A DNA stretch of 64,000 bases from NCBI GenBank assembly GCA_051418015.1, contig JBPRGF010000023.1, positions 1 to 64,000 on the forward strand, written 5' to 3'. Both the position numbers and the translations under genes were made by a program. Under the pieces are notes generated by a model. That model ran no database searches. It had not been told where the DNA came from and saw only the letters and a list, made by a program, of their open reading frames with translations. The stretch's first letter is position 1. Each line of letters starts with the position of its first letter. This DNA is from Candidatus Nitrospinota bacterium M3_3B_026 (GTDB taxonomy: Bacteria; Nitrospinota_A; UBA7883; JBPRGF01). Shown piece by piece: positions 9,075 through 18,859 of the stretch.

Positions 9075-10160
9075 ATGACGAAAAAAACTATCGCCGCCTC
9101 ACTGACAGCGCTCATCATTGTGCTCACGGGCTGTTCCCCGAAAGAGAACGACAAAGAGAACGCTCCACCACAAAAACGCGGGACGATAATCACCACCGCG
9201 AAAGTCGCCGCGAAAGATATTACCGTGACCCAGGAATCGATCGGGGAGGCGGAAAGCAAGGCCGCGCCTTTCGTGGACACCGAAGTCTCCGGAAGAGTGG
9301 AGGAAATATATGTCGATGTAGGCGATAAAGTCATCAAGGGACAAAAACTGGCCCGGCTAGACACCGAAAATCTGGAGCTGGGAAAAAAATCCGCCGAGGC
9401 CGAGACGAAACGGCTGATGGCGCTTATCGAAAACCAGGAAAGATCGGTCAAAAGATACCGCGAGCTGGCGGAAGAAAAATTTATCAGTCAGTCGATGCTG
9501 GACGACGCAGAGTCCAGCCTCAAAGCCCTGAAGGAGCAACTGGCCAGCGCGAAAGCCCGCCTCGCCCGCGTAAGGCGCGATCTTGTGAAGGCCACGATAA
9601 TCTCCCCCGTCGCAGGGAGCGTGGAGCAGCGTCTCGTGGATGAGGGCGATTACCTAGAGGTCGGCCGCTCACTTTTCAGGATTTCCACCAGCGACCGTCT
9701 GCGCGTGCGTCTTCCCTTTCCGGAGACCATGGCGGACAGGCTCCGCCCCGGCCTTGAATTAAAGCTCTCCATTTTCTCCGCGCCGGACGATATCGTCGAA
9801 GCAAGAATCGATGAGATCCGCCCCATGGTAAGCGCGGGGTCGCGGGCGGTTGAAGCCATAATAAACATCAACAACCCCGGCGGATGGAAACCGGGCGCCA
9901 GCGTTAAAGGCTCCGTCACGCTGGAGGAGAGAAAAAACGCCGTAATGGCTCCTGAAAGGAGCGTTGTCCTTCGCCCCTCGGGCCCCGTAGCCTACATCAT
10001 CGAAGACAGACGCGCGCATGAGAGAGCCGTGAAAACAGGCGTTCACCAGGGCGGCATGATAGAGATAATCTCCGGCTTGTCCCCGGGCGAGACCATCGCC
10101 CTCGACGGCGCCTCTTACCTGACCGATAACGCCGCCGTGACGATCAGGGAGAGGCGTTAA
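9075..10160 (+). CDS. RND efflux periplasmic adaptor (MFP) lipoprotein
   Basis: Lipobox LTGC; EVSGRVEEIYVDVGDKV..GQ.LARLD and ISPVAG lipoyl halves; start placed at ATG 9075. Confidence 0.92.
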   Translation: MTKKTIAASLTALIIVLTGCSPKENDKENAPPQKRGTIITTAKVAAKDITVTQESIGEAESKAAPFVDTEVSGRVEEIYVDVGDKVIKGQKLARLDTENLELGKKSAEAETKRLMALIENQERSVKRYRELAEEKFISQSMLDDAESSLKALKEQLASAKARLARVRRDLVKATIISPVAGSVEQRLVDEGDYLEVGRSLFRISTSDRLRVRLPFPETMADRLRPGLELKLSIFSAPDDIVEARIDEIRPMVSAGSRAVEAIININNPGGWKPGASVKGSVTLEERKNAVMAPERSVVLRPSGPVAYIIEDRRAHERAVKTGVHQGGMIEIISGLSPGETIALDGASYLTDNAAVTIRERR

Positions 10161-13100
10161 TGAATCTCCCTGAGCTTTCCATAAGGCGCCACGCGCTGGC
10201 GTTCATGCTAAGCGCCGTGCTGGTGCTGTTCGGGATAATCAGCTACCAGAGGATGGGCGTGGACCGGTTCCCCCAGATAGATTTCCCGATAATATCGGTC
10301 ACCACCATCCTGCCAGGCGCGAACCCGGAGATCGTCGATTCCAGCATAACGAACATAATAGAGACAAGCGTAAACAGTGTCCCCGGCATCGAGCATATAA
10401 GGTCCACGTCCTCGCCGGGCGTCTCGGTGGTGAACATCACCTTCGACCTTAACAAGGATATCGACGTCGCCTTCAACGAGGTGCAGACGAAGGTCAACCA
10501 GTCGCTCCGGCAGCTTCCCGACGACACCGACCCGCCCATCGTCGGCAAAGTGGAGACGGGCGCCCAGGCTGTTTTATGGATGGCCCTGCAGGGTGACAGG
10601 ACGCTGCAACAGCTCAACCAGTACGCGCGCAACGTCATCAAAAAAAGGCTGGAGACGATAAACGGCGTCGGCGAGGTGCTGATCGGCGGCGAGCGAGAGC
10701 GGGTCATCCGCGTCGAGGCCAATCTCAAAAAACTCGCGGCGTTTCACATCACGACCCAGGACATCATACGCGCGTTCCAGACCGAGCATATCCAACTGCC
10801 CGGCGGCTTTCTCGTAAGCGACTGGACGGAGAATCTCATAAAACTCGACCTGGAATTTCACCAGGTGGACGAGCTGGGCGAGATGATCCTGGCCCATCGC
10901 GAAGGCGCGCCCATAAAGCTTAAGGACGTGGCGCGAATCGTGGACGGGCTCGAGGATTACAGGCAGCTGGCTCGCTTCAACAGCGAACCCGCTGTCGGCA
11001 TAGGCATTGTGAAGATCGCCAACGCCAACACCATAGCCGTGATCGAGAGCGTGAAGCAAAGGCTGCGCGAGGAGATACGCCCCAACCTTCCGCCGGGGAT
11101 GAAGATAACCATCGCCTCCGATCATTCCGTCTTCATCCAGGAAATGATAGACGCCCTGAACGAGCATATCGTGCTGGGCACGCTGCTGGCGGCGATCGTG
11201 GTCTGGCTTTTCCTCAAAAGCTTCCGGTCGACGGTGATCATCGCCCTGGCCATACCCGTCTCCCTTCTGGGCGCGGTGGCGGTCATGTACATGGCGGAAT
11301 TTACTTTCAACACGATGACGCTCCTGGCGCTGCTTCTGCTCATCGGAATAGTGGTCGACGACGCCATCGTCGTGCTGGAGAACATATTTCGCCACAGGGA
11401 GAACATCGACCCCAACCCGATGAGCGCCGCCATCAACGGCTCCAACCAGGTTGTCTTCGCCGTCATGGCCTCAACGTTCACGCTGGTTTCGATATTCGCG
11501 CCCGTGATTTTCATGGGCGGGATCATAGGACAGTTTTTCAAGTCATTCGCCATCGTTGTCACCTTCGGCGTCCTGGTCTCGCTTTTCGTCTCCCTTACAT
11601 TGACGCCGATGCTCTGCTCCCGCTTCCTCCAGGTCAAAAAGCGTCACGTGAAAATTTATTACCTCCTGGAGAGCGTCTTCCAGCTCATGGAGAGCGTGTA
11701 CAGGAAGACGCTTGGCTGGGCGCTGGCGTGGCGTTGGACGGTCGTCGTGTTAACCATCGTGGCGGTGTCTTCCAGCTTTTTTTCCCTGGCGCGGATCGGC
11801 AAGGGATTTGTCCCCGAGGAGGACGAGGGACGTTTCATGGTCATATTAAAAACACCGCTGGGATCGAACATAGACTACACGAAAAACAAGCTCAAGGAGA
11901 TCGAAAAGATCCTCTTCCGTCACGAGGAGATAGAGAAGTTTTTCTCAGCGATCGGCCTGGGGCGCGAGGGGCAGGTCAACCAGGGTATCGCCTTCGTCCA
12001 TCTCGCCCCGCGCGAGGAGAGAACATTGTCACAGGGTGAGATAGTCGACCAGGTCAAAAAGGAGCTTTTCGGCGTCCCGGGTGTTCGGGCCTTCGCCACG
12101 AAGGTGCCGATAGTCGGCGGCGTGCGTGGCGAGCCGCTCCAGTTCGCCGTGCAGGGGCCGAACCTAGACGAGGTCGCAATGTATTGCGAGGAGATACGAA
12201 AAAGGCTCTCCGAAATCCCGGACATGGGCCGGCTCGACCTGGACCTGCAACTGGACCTGCCGCAGTACAAGCTTCGCGTGGACAGGACACGCGCGGCCGG
12301 GCTGGGGCTCTCCTCCTCGGATGTCGCCATGGCGATAAACGCCCTCGCCGGCGGCATGGACATCGCCAGGTATAATGACGAGCCGGGCGACGGCGAAAGA
12401 TACGACATACGCATGAAGGCCACGGAAGGCCAGCTTAAGACAAAGACCGACCTTCAAAGAATCTACCTGAGGTCGAACAAAAACGAGCTTGTGCGGCTGG
12501 ACACAATAGCCGACTTTGTCCATGAGCTGGGCCCGGCCGTCGTCTCCAGATACGACCTTCAATACGCTGGTTTCTTTTTCGGATCTCCCTCCATGCCGCT
12601 GGGCGAGGCGGTCACGACCGTGGAGAAGGTCGCTTCCCAGGTATTGCCGCTTGGATACAAGGTCACCATGATGGGCCAGGCGGAAGAGTTCGGCAAGACG
12701 GCGCAGTACATGATGTTCACGTTCGTGCTCGCCACGATACTCGTCTACATGGTCCTGGCCAGCCAGTTCAACTCCTTCATACAACCGCTTATCGTCATGA
12801 TCGCCCAGCCGCTGGCGATGATCGGCGGGATAGGCGGGCTCTGGCTGACAGGGCACACGCTCAACATCTATTCCATGATAGGCGTGGTTCTTCTCATAGG
12901 TCTGGTGGCGAAAAACTCCATACTGCTCATCGACCTGGCCAACCAGCTCAGGGCGGAGAACAGGGGCATAGAGGAGGCGTTGAAGGAAGCCTGCCCCATC
13001 AGGTTGCGGCCAGTATTGATGACATCGCTCACGGTCATCCTGGCCCTTCTTCCCGCGGCTCTGGGGCTGGGCGCCGGATCGGACACCAATGGCCCGCTTT

Positions 13101-13228
13101 CCGTGGCGGTGATCGGCGGGATGATAACGTCCACGCTGCTGACACTCGTCGTCGTACCAGCCGTATACTCTCTGGTGGAAAACGGGATAGCGCGCTTAAG
13201 AGCCCGCTTCGAGCGTGAAGCGGCATGA
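10160..13228 (+). CDS. RND efflux permease (AcrB/AcrD/AcrF family)
   Basis: 1022 aa; GIVVDDAIVVLENI, AKNSILL, RLRPVLMTS motifs. Confidence 0.95.
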   Translation: MNLPELSIRRHALAFMLSAVLVLFGIISYQRMGVDRFPQIDFPIISVTTILPGANPEIVDSSITNIIETSVNSVPGIEHIRSTSSPGVSVVNITFDLNKDIDVAFNEVQTKVNQSLRQLPDDTDPPIVGKVETGAQAVLWMALQGDRTLQQLNQYARNVIKKRLETINGVGEVLIGGERERVIRVEANLKKLAAFHITTQDIIRAFQTEHIQLPGGFLVSDWTENLIKLDLEFHQVDELGEMILAHREGAPIKLKDVARIVDGLEDYRQLARFNSEPAVGIGIVKIANANTIAVIESVKQRLREEIRPNLPPGMKITIASDHSVFIQEMIDALNEHIVLGTLLAAIVVWLFLKSFRSTVIIALAIPVSLLGAVAVMYMAEFTFNTMTLLALLLLIGIVVDDAIVVLENIFRHRENIDPNPMSAAINGSNQVVFAVMASTFTLVSIFAPVIFMGGIIGQFFKSFAIVVTFGVLVSLFVSLTLTPMLCSRFLQVKKRHVKIYYLLESVFQLMESVYRKTLGWALAWRWTVVVLTIVAVSSSFFSLARIGKGFVPEEDEGRFMVILKTPLGSNIDYTKNKLKEIEKILFRHEEIEKFFSAIGLGREGQVNQGIAFVHLAPREERTLSQGEIVDQVKKELFGVPGVRAFATKVPIVGGVRGEPLQFAVQGPNLDEVAMYCEEIRKRLSEIPDMGRLDLDLQLDLPQYKLRVDRTRAAGLGLSSSDVAMAINALAGGMDIARYNDEPGDGERYDIRMKATEGQLKTKTDLQRIYLRSNKNELVRLDTIADFVHELGPAVVSRYDLQYAGFFFGSPSMPLGEAVTTVEKVASQVLPLGYKVTMMGQAEEFGKTAQYMMFTFVLATILVYMVLASQFNSFIQPLIVMIAQPLAMIGGIGGLWLTGHTLNIYSMIGVVLLIGLVAKNSILLIDLANQLRAENRGIEEALKEACPIRLRPVLMTSLTVILALLPAALGLGAGSDTNGPLSVAVIGGMITSTLLTLVVVPAVYSLVENGIARLRARFEREAA

Positions 13229-13238
13229 GGAGGTACTA

Positions 13239-14606
13239 ATGATATTACCGAAAACCGCGGTTTCGCTCATGGCCGGTCTGCTTATCGCTTTTTCCGCCTC
13301 GAGCGCCTCAGGCTCGGAAACCGGCGCCGCGCCCATGGGCCTTGCCGAAGCGCTGGAGCTGGCCAGGGAAAACGACGCCGGTTTCGCCGCGGACAAGGCC
13401 AGACGCGCCGCCACCGTCGAAAAGCCGGTACAGGGGCGGGCGGGCCTGATGCCATCGGTCGGCGTCAGCGGTGACGCCTTTTATACGGACCTCGACACGG
13501 AGTATGGCGGAGATTTCGCCTTCGGCGGCGGCCGGGTCCAGTATGGAAGCATGAGTTACAGCCTCTCACTCCGGCAGCCTGTTTTTCACCTGGAAAACAT
13601 CGCCGCTTACCGCCAGGCGAAAATAATAGGCGCGCAGGCCGATACGATCCTGGACATGGCCCGGCAAAACCTGATATTGCGCGTCGCCGAGGCATACTTC
13701 AACGCGCTGCTCGCCCGGGACAAGATGGAATTTATCGTGGCTGAAAAAAATGCTTTGTCAGAACAACTCGCCAAGGCGAAAAAATCTTTTGAAGTCGGAG
13801 CCGCCTCCATCACCGACACGTACGAGGCGCAGGCGCGATATGACATGGTGACCTCCAGGGAGGCCGTCGCCAGGCATGACCTGGAGGTCAGCCGCCACGC
13901 ACTGGAAAGAATAATAGGGGTCAAAGCGCGGCGCTTGAGTAAGTTCCCGTCTGATTTCGAGCCGTCTCCTCTTGCTCCGGATGATATCGACGCATGGGCC
14001 GCCAGGGCCGAGAAGGACAACCTCCGGGTGAAAATGAGAAAGCAGGCCCTGGAAGCGGCCACTCAGGAAGTCGCCAAAATTCAAGGAGAGAGAGCGCCCA
14101 GCCTGGACCTCGTGGCCAACTACACCGAAAGTACGCAGGATAACAGCTCTTTCGGCGTAGGGATAGACTCCACATCGGGCGCCATCGGCCTGAAGCTTTC
14201 GATGCCGATTTTCACCGGTGGGGCGCTCTCGTCGCGCATCCGTGAGGCCAGGGCCAACGAGGAGAAAAACAGGCACGAGCTGGAGGACGCTCTCCGGGAA
14301 GCCAATCTCATGTCGCGAAGAGCTTTTTTACAAGTCAAAAGCTCCATAGCGGAGATAAGAGCGCTCCGGCAAACCTTGAAATCGACCAAGGTCGCTCTCG
14401 ACTCCACCATGAAGGGGCTGGATGTCGGCCTGAGAAACGAGGTGGACGTGCTCGACGCGCAAAAGCAGTTTTTCGACGCCAAGCATTCGCTGGCGCGCGC
14501 GAAATATTCCTATCTGTTAAGCCACCTCAACCTTGAAGCCTCCGTGGGCGGACTTTCGGAGTCCGACGTGGAAAAGATATCCGATCTTTATCTTGCGGGA
14601 AGATGA
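13239..14606 (+). CDS. TolC family outer membrane channel
   Basis: Signal peptide; LRQPVF, VAEAYFNAL, G.R..VDVLDA motifs; ATG 13239 after GGAGG. Confidence 0.92.
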   Translation: MILPKTAVSLMAGLLIAFSASSASGSETGAAPMGLAEALELARENDAGFAADKARRAATVEKPVQGRAGLMPSVGVSGDAFYTDLDTEYGGDFAFGGGRVQYGSMSYSLSLRQPVFHLENIAAYRQAKIIGAQADTILDMARQNLILRVAEAYFNALLARDKMEFIVAEKNALSEQLAKAKKSFEVGAASITDTYEAQARYDMVTSREAVARHDLEVSRHALERIIGVKARRLSKFPSDFEPSPLAPDDIDAWAARAEKDNLRVKMRKQALEAATQEVAKIQGERAPSLDLVANYTESTQDNSSFGVGIDSTSGAIGLKLSMPIFTGGALSSRIREARANEEKNRHELEDALREANLMSRRAFLQVKSSIAEIRALRQTLKSTKVALDSTMKGLDVGLRNEVDVLDAQKQFFDAKHSLARAKYSYLLSHLNLEASVGGLSESDVEKISDLYLAGR

Positions 14607-14661
14607 TACGGCGCCCGTTCTCCGAAGGGTAGACCGCTGGTGACGATGACGGATCCTTTGA

Positions 14662-16011
14662 TTATGCTATCCCGCCCTGCCCCCCGATAATGGCCTCCAC
14701 GCGGAAGCCGCCCAGCTTCGGCGATCGGCCCAGGGAAAGCCCGCCTCCGTAACCGCGCGCGATGTCCGAGGCGATGGCCATGCCCATGCCATGCCCGGAG
14801 GCGCTCTCGTCCGCCCTGAAGCCTTTTTTCAGGACATCGGGAAGCTTATTCTCCGGGCAGCCGGGGCCGTCGTCCTCCACAGTGAAAACGAAAGCGCCGT
14901 CCCGTTCCTCGGCGGTCAGGATCACTTTGTGGCTGGCCCATTTACAGGCGTTGTCCAGGAGATTGCCCAAAAGCTCCATCATGTCCTCCCGGTCCGCCCT
15001 GGGAGAGAAGCCAGCGGAAACTTTCCATGTTATGTCGAGCCCCTTGGCCTGGTAGACTCTTCCCAACGCCGCTATCAGGTCCGGTATGTCCGCCGCCGCG
15101 CTGAACCGCCTTCCCGGCGGCGCGGCTCCCGCCAGCCTTGCGCGGGACAACTCCCTGTCGATCAGACCGTGGATGCGCCTTGTGTTCTCCCGCAACGCAG
15201 CCCTGTCCTCCGGCCGGTGGACGACCCGTTCGTCCTCTACGATCCTGCTGATGACGCTGAGGGGCGTCTTGAGGGCATGGGCCAGGGTGCCCAAAGCGCC
15301 ACGAGAGCGTCTCAGCCTCTGGCTCATGACGAGCAAAAGGCTGTTTATCTCCTCCACCAGCGGACGCGCCTCCGCCGGGACATCTGTCCCGATGTTTTCG
15401 ACCTCCCCCCTTTCGAGCCGGCGGACCTCCTCCCTGGCCTCACCCAGCGGCTTGAGAGAAAGGCGCACGATCAGCCATTGCGCAGCCGCCAGCGCGGCCA
15501 GCGCGGCAGTGAAGTATATGGCGTAGCGGGTCTGGAAAGCCGATATCCTGGACTCTATTCCGGAGACGTCCTCAGCCACCGATATGGTGAATCTTTTTCC
15601 ATGCTTCACGTAGCCTGTCGAGCGGGCTATCAGGTTCTGCCCCTCCGGGCCCTTCACGCGGGATATCACAGCCTCGCCCGGCTCAACGGAAGGGAGGGTC
15701 ATATCCTGATCCCATAACGACCGTGACCGCAGCGTAAAATCGCCTCCGGCTGACACGATGGTGAAATAATGTCCGGAAAATGGACGATGATAGATGGGGT
15801 CTATCATCTCCGGCTCCAGCCCCGGCGCGCCAGCGCCCATGAGCTGGAGAGCCGTCAGAATGGTCTCCGCGTCATGCTCCAGCCGGGAGACGATGTGGCT
15901 CTCCACCATTCGGCGTATGGAGCCGGAGAAAAAAAGCCACTGCAGCGTGAAAACCAGCGCCAGGCTCAAGACGAGCCCGATCAAAAGCCGCGCCTGGAGC
16001 GAATGTCTCAA
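14662..16011 (-). CDS. Membrane sensor histidine kinase (BqsS/CarS, PhoQ-like family)
   Basis: Two TM segments; FSGHYF..RSRSLWD sensor motif; LAHALKTPL H-box, GNLLDNACK N-box, DDGPG, GHGMG. Confidence 0.92.
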   Translation of the reverse strand: MRHSLQARLLIGLVLSLALVFTLQWLFFSGSIRRMVESHIVSRLEHDAETILTALQLMGAGAPGLEPEMIDPIYHRPFSGHYFTIVSAGGDFTLRSRSLWDQDMTLPSVEPGEAVISRVKGPEGQNLIARSTGYVKHGKRFTISVAEDVSGIESRISAFQTRYAIYFTAALAALAAAQWLIVRLSLKPLGEAREEVRRLERGEVENIGTDVPAEARPLVEEINSLLLVMSQRLRRSRGALGTLAHALKTPLSVISRIVEDERVVHRPEDRAALRENTRRIHGLIDRELSRARLAGAAPPGRRFSAAADIPDLIAALGRVYQAKGLDITWKVSAGFSPRADREDMMELLGNLLDNACKWASHKVILTAEERDGAFVFTVEDDGPGCPENKLPDVLKKGFRADESASGHGMGMAIASDIARGYGGGLSLGRSPKLGGFRVEAIIGGQGGIA

Positions 16012-16676
16012 TCTTCCTCTCCGAACACGTAGCCTTGCCCCCTTCGTGTTTTGATCGACCGCTCGCCAAGCTTTTTTCGGAGGCGTTTTATGTAGACCTC
16101 GATGACGTTGCTGTCCTTTTCTGAGCCGAGGTCGTAGACCCTCTCCTCAAGATACGTTTTGGAGAGCACCCTGCCGGGGTTGAGCATGAAGAGCCGAAGG
16201 ACACGAAACTCAAGGTCCGTCAGGCTGACCGGCGGGCCGCTTTTCAGGATCGCCCGTTTTCCATCCTCGTCCAACTCGAAGCCGCAGGCCTTGATGACGC
16301 CGCCGGTGGTCTTCCCGTGCGCCCGGCGGATAAGCGCGGATATCCGGGCCTGGAGCTCCTCCATGTGGAAGGGCTTGGCCATGTAATCATCGGCGCCGGC
16401 CTTGAGGCCGTCCACCTTCTCGCTCCACGCGCCCCTCGCGGTGAGGATTATCACGGGGGTTTTCAGCCCCTCTTCCCGCCAGGCCGAAAGCGCCTGCAGA
16501 CCAGATTTTTCCGGCAGGCCGAGGTCCAGCACTATCACGTTGTAAGGCTCCTCGAACCCCATGCGTTCGGCGTCCTCGCCATTGCCGGTCGTGTCCACCG
16601 CGAACCCGGCCGCCCCCAGGTTTTTCGCGAGGTCGAGCCTCAGCGCCTCGTCGTCCTCCACAACCAGCGCTCTCAT
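16008..16676 (-). CDS. OmpR-family response regulator
   Basis: VVEDD, LDLGLP, ILTAR, GADDY.AKPF, IKTRRGQGY. Confidence 0.95.
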   Translation of the reverse strand: MRALVVEDDEALRLDLAKNLGAAGFAVDTTGNGEDAERMGFEEPYNVIVLDLGLPEKSGLQALSAWREEGLKTPVIILTARGAWSEKVDGLKAGADDYMAKPFHMEELQARISALIRRAHGKTTGGVIKACGFELDEDGKRAILKSGPPVSLTDLEFRVLRLFMLNPGRVLSKTYLEERVYDLGSEKDSNVIEVYIKRLRKKLGERSIKTRRGQGYVFGEED

Positions 16677-16679
16677 GGG

Positions 16680-17021
16680 TCAGTCATCCCGCTTCTCGTC
16701 CACGGGCTCACCCGTCCTGGCATCGTACCGAAGCTCCCACACGACACCGTTCTCGTCCAGAAGCTCTATCTCATATATATAGATACCATCCTCCATCTCC
16801 AGCTCCGCCTCCAGGACGCGGCCGGGGCGTTTTCCCGCGGCTTTTTCAATGATCTTTTCAAGCGGCAGTATGTCACCGCGTTCGTACAGGCTTTTCGCCC
16901 TGTAGTGATCCTCATCCGCATGGCAGGGGGGCATGAGCGGGCCGCCGATGAAAAGCAAAATAGAGGCGGCCGCGGCCAGAAAGGCCGGGCCGCGCGAGGT
17001 TTTCGAGGTCAATCGTCCCAT
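16680..17021 (-). CDS. PepSY domain periplasmic protein
   Basis: Signal-like N-terminus; GDILPLEKII...PGRVLEAELE...YIYEIELLDENG.V.ELRYDARTG. Confidence 0.85.
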   Translation of the reverse strand: MGRLTSKTSRGPAFLAAAASILLFIGGPLMPPCHADEDHYRAKSLYERGDILPLEKIIEKAAGKRPGRVLEAELEMEDGIYIYEIELLDENGVVWELRYDARTGEPVDEKRDD

Positions 17022-17599
17022 CTTCCAACACCGGGGATGTCAACCTCGTGTTCGTTGAAGTATCCCTGGTCGGCGTTCGTGTGGCACCTGTCGCACATGC
17101 TCAGCGACTTCACCTTTGGATTGTCGGCCCAGTAACGCCTCGGGATTTCGTCGTGCTCGTGTGTGAAGTACGGCGTCGTGGTTATCCGTAACGGCGCCTC
17201 CATTCCCCTCAGGGAGCGCGTTATTTTCACCGAAGCCTTGTGGCCGGACTTTTCGGCGGAGTTTCTCCGCAGATAATCCAGAATAACCTCGTGGTCCTCC
17301 GGGAAAAGTTCCGCGTTGTCGCCGAAATGGTCATCGAGCCCGGCCATCACCTTCTCCCACGATCGCTCCGGCAAAAACCCCGGCTGGTAGGCGAAATGGC
17401 ACGACCCGCACTCCTTTTTGTACATGTCGAACTCCACCTTGGCCACATCCGCCGAGCCTTTCCAGCCGCCGCCCAAGAAAAAGCCTCGGCCATCGTCATC
17501 GTCATGGTGATCGTCATCGTCCCCCATCGCCTGCCCGGCGGCGCCCGCCATGGCCAGCGTTATTATCACGAGAAACAGTTTAACCGCTTTTTTTCGCAT
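17009..17599 (-). CDS. Diheme cytochrome c (DHC family)
   Basis: Signal peptide; YKKECGSCHFAY.PG.LP..SW..M..LDDHFG, second heme motif CDRCH. Confidence 0.9.
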   Translation of the reverse strand: MRKKAVKLFLVIITLAMAGAAGQAMGDDDDHHDDDDGRGFFLGGGWKGSADVAKVEFDMYKKECGSCHFAYQPGFLPERSWEKVMAGLDDHFGDNAELFPEDHEVILDYLRRNSAEKSGHKASVKITRSLRGMEAPLRITTTPYFTHEHDEIPRRYWADNPKVKSLSMCDRCHTNADQGYFNEHEVDIPGVGRWDD

Positions 17600-17633
17600 T
17601 TTGTGATCCTCCCTGGTTTATCAAGTCTGCTGC

Positions 17634-18041
17634 TCACTGGTCTTTAAAAAACATCAGCAAGTCGCCCTTCTCCTGGGGACCGCACTCGCGCCCCAGGGTC
17701 CATTTGCAGTTCCGCAGGAACCATTTCCGGACATGCCTTGTGTCCGTCAGCCTCTTGGGGTTCGCCGAAGGGGCGAGCGGCTCTATCGGCTCGCCGGTCT
17801 TGGCGTGTTTTCCCACCTGGCGGAGGTTCTCGGTGTGGCATGTGACACAGCTCCTGTCACTTCCGTCCTCCGCGCTCTTAAAAGTTTTGTAGAACATCTC
17901 TCTGCCGCGCTCCGCGCTGAAGTCGCCCGCGCCCTCGGCCCGGAACCTCTCAAAAAGCTCCGCCACGGCGCCTGGCCCGGCCAGGGATGGAGCGGCGGCG
18001 AAAACGATCAACATCGCGGCGCCCAGATAAACCTTTTTCAT
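17634..18041 (-). CDS. shp: Sphaeroides heme protein-like (DUF1924) c-type cytochrome
   Basis: Start re-assigned to ATG 18041 (ATGA overlap with cytochrome b stop); SCVTCH, H..TG..I.PLAPSANP.R.TD...V.KWF.RNC..TLGREC. Confidence 0.85.
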   Translation of the reverse strand: MKKVYLGAAMLIVFAAAPSLAGPGAVAELFERFRAEGAGDFSAERGREMFYKTFKSAEDGSDRSCVTCHTENLRQVGKHAKTGEPIEPLAPSANPKRLTDTRHVRKWFLRNCKWTLGRECGPQEKGDLLMFFKDQ

Positions 18042-18631
18042 CGTTCGGTCTCCTCGATTGGTTGTGTTCGTTTGTATCCCGTGATCATCGCCACTATCAG
18101 GTTCTCCCCGTGGACGAGGCTTTCCACGACGGCGCCCGTTACATGCGCCGCGGCGAAGACCAGCGTGGCCTTCGCCAGGAAGTGGTGTATGTCCTCCAGC
18201 GCGCCGCCCCAGCGCCACCCGACGCCGAGCAGAATCGGCGCGAAGGGGCCTGAGACCTCTTTCGCCCCGTATGTCATAAAACCTGTGAGGACCGTCGCCG
18301 CCAGCAGCGACATCAGCGCCACGGCCATAGCCCCGGCGGCGGGGTTGTGTCCCAGATAACGCCCGGCCCGCAGGCGCGCCATGTCTTTCAAATGCGCCAG
18401 GACTGCGCCGGGCGAATATAAAAACCCGGAAAAACGCGCCGCGCCCGCGCTTTCGCTCAATCCCCAGGCGACCCGCGCGGCCAGCAGGGCGGCGACCATG
18501 TATCCTGCGTAGACGTGCAGCCCCAGCGTCTCGAACTCCGTGAAAAAAGCCACGCCGAAAGCCAAAACCACCCCCCAGTGGAACGCCCTCACCAGAGGGT
18601 CCCAAACTTTCACCATTCCCATTTCTTTCAT
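18038..18631 (-). CDS. Cytochrome b/b6-domain membrane protein (Ni/Fe-hydrogenase cyt b-like)
   Basis: VWDPLVRAFHW, LHVYAGY, GHNPAAG, IHHFLA, AHVTGAV..S..HGENLI.AMITG; start ATG 18631 after GGAGG. Confidence 0.9.
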   Translation of the reverse strand: MKEMGMVKVWDPLVRAFHWGVVLAFGVAFFTEFETLGLHVYAGYMVAALLAARVAWGLSESAGAARFSGFLYSPGAVLAHLKDMARLRAGRYLGHNPAAGAMAVALMSLLAATVLTGFMTYGAKEVSGPFAPILLGVGWRWGGALEDIHHFLAKATLVFAAAHVTGAVVESLVHGENLIVAMITGYKRTQPIEETER

Positions 18632-18664
18632 ATCCAACCTCCATGGTCCCTGAGTCATGGGTCC

Positions 18665-18696
18665 ATGATAGGAACCCAACCTGAACGCAACCTGAA
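18665..18696 (-). promoter_or_regulatory. Tandem response-regulator box and -10 for the cytb-shp-dhc operon
   Basis: Minus strand TTCAGGTTG-CG-TTCAGGTTG (9 bp direct repeat, 11 bp period, 18677-18696) upstream of TATCAT (18665-18670). Confidence 0.7.
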
Positions 18697-18859
18697 AACG
18701 GGAAATGAAAGATTATTTATGCGAGGAAAGCGCGGAGCCAAAACAAGCGCCCCGCCCGCGGGAGGGAAGCCGGGGAACGAAAACAGAAAGCCGCCTCACC
18801 ATGGACGGCGTATGAGAAACCCGGCGATCAGACCGGCCGCCGGAGAAAGGAGGGAGAGG

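Noticed and set aside
18042..18644. N-terminal extension of ORF 17634..18644
   Set aside because: Alternate frame over the cytochrome b gene; signal peptide and ATGA overlap place the start at 18041
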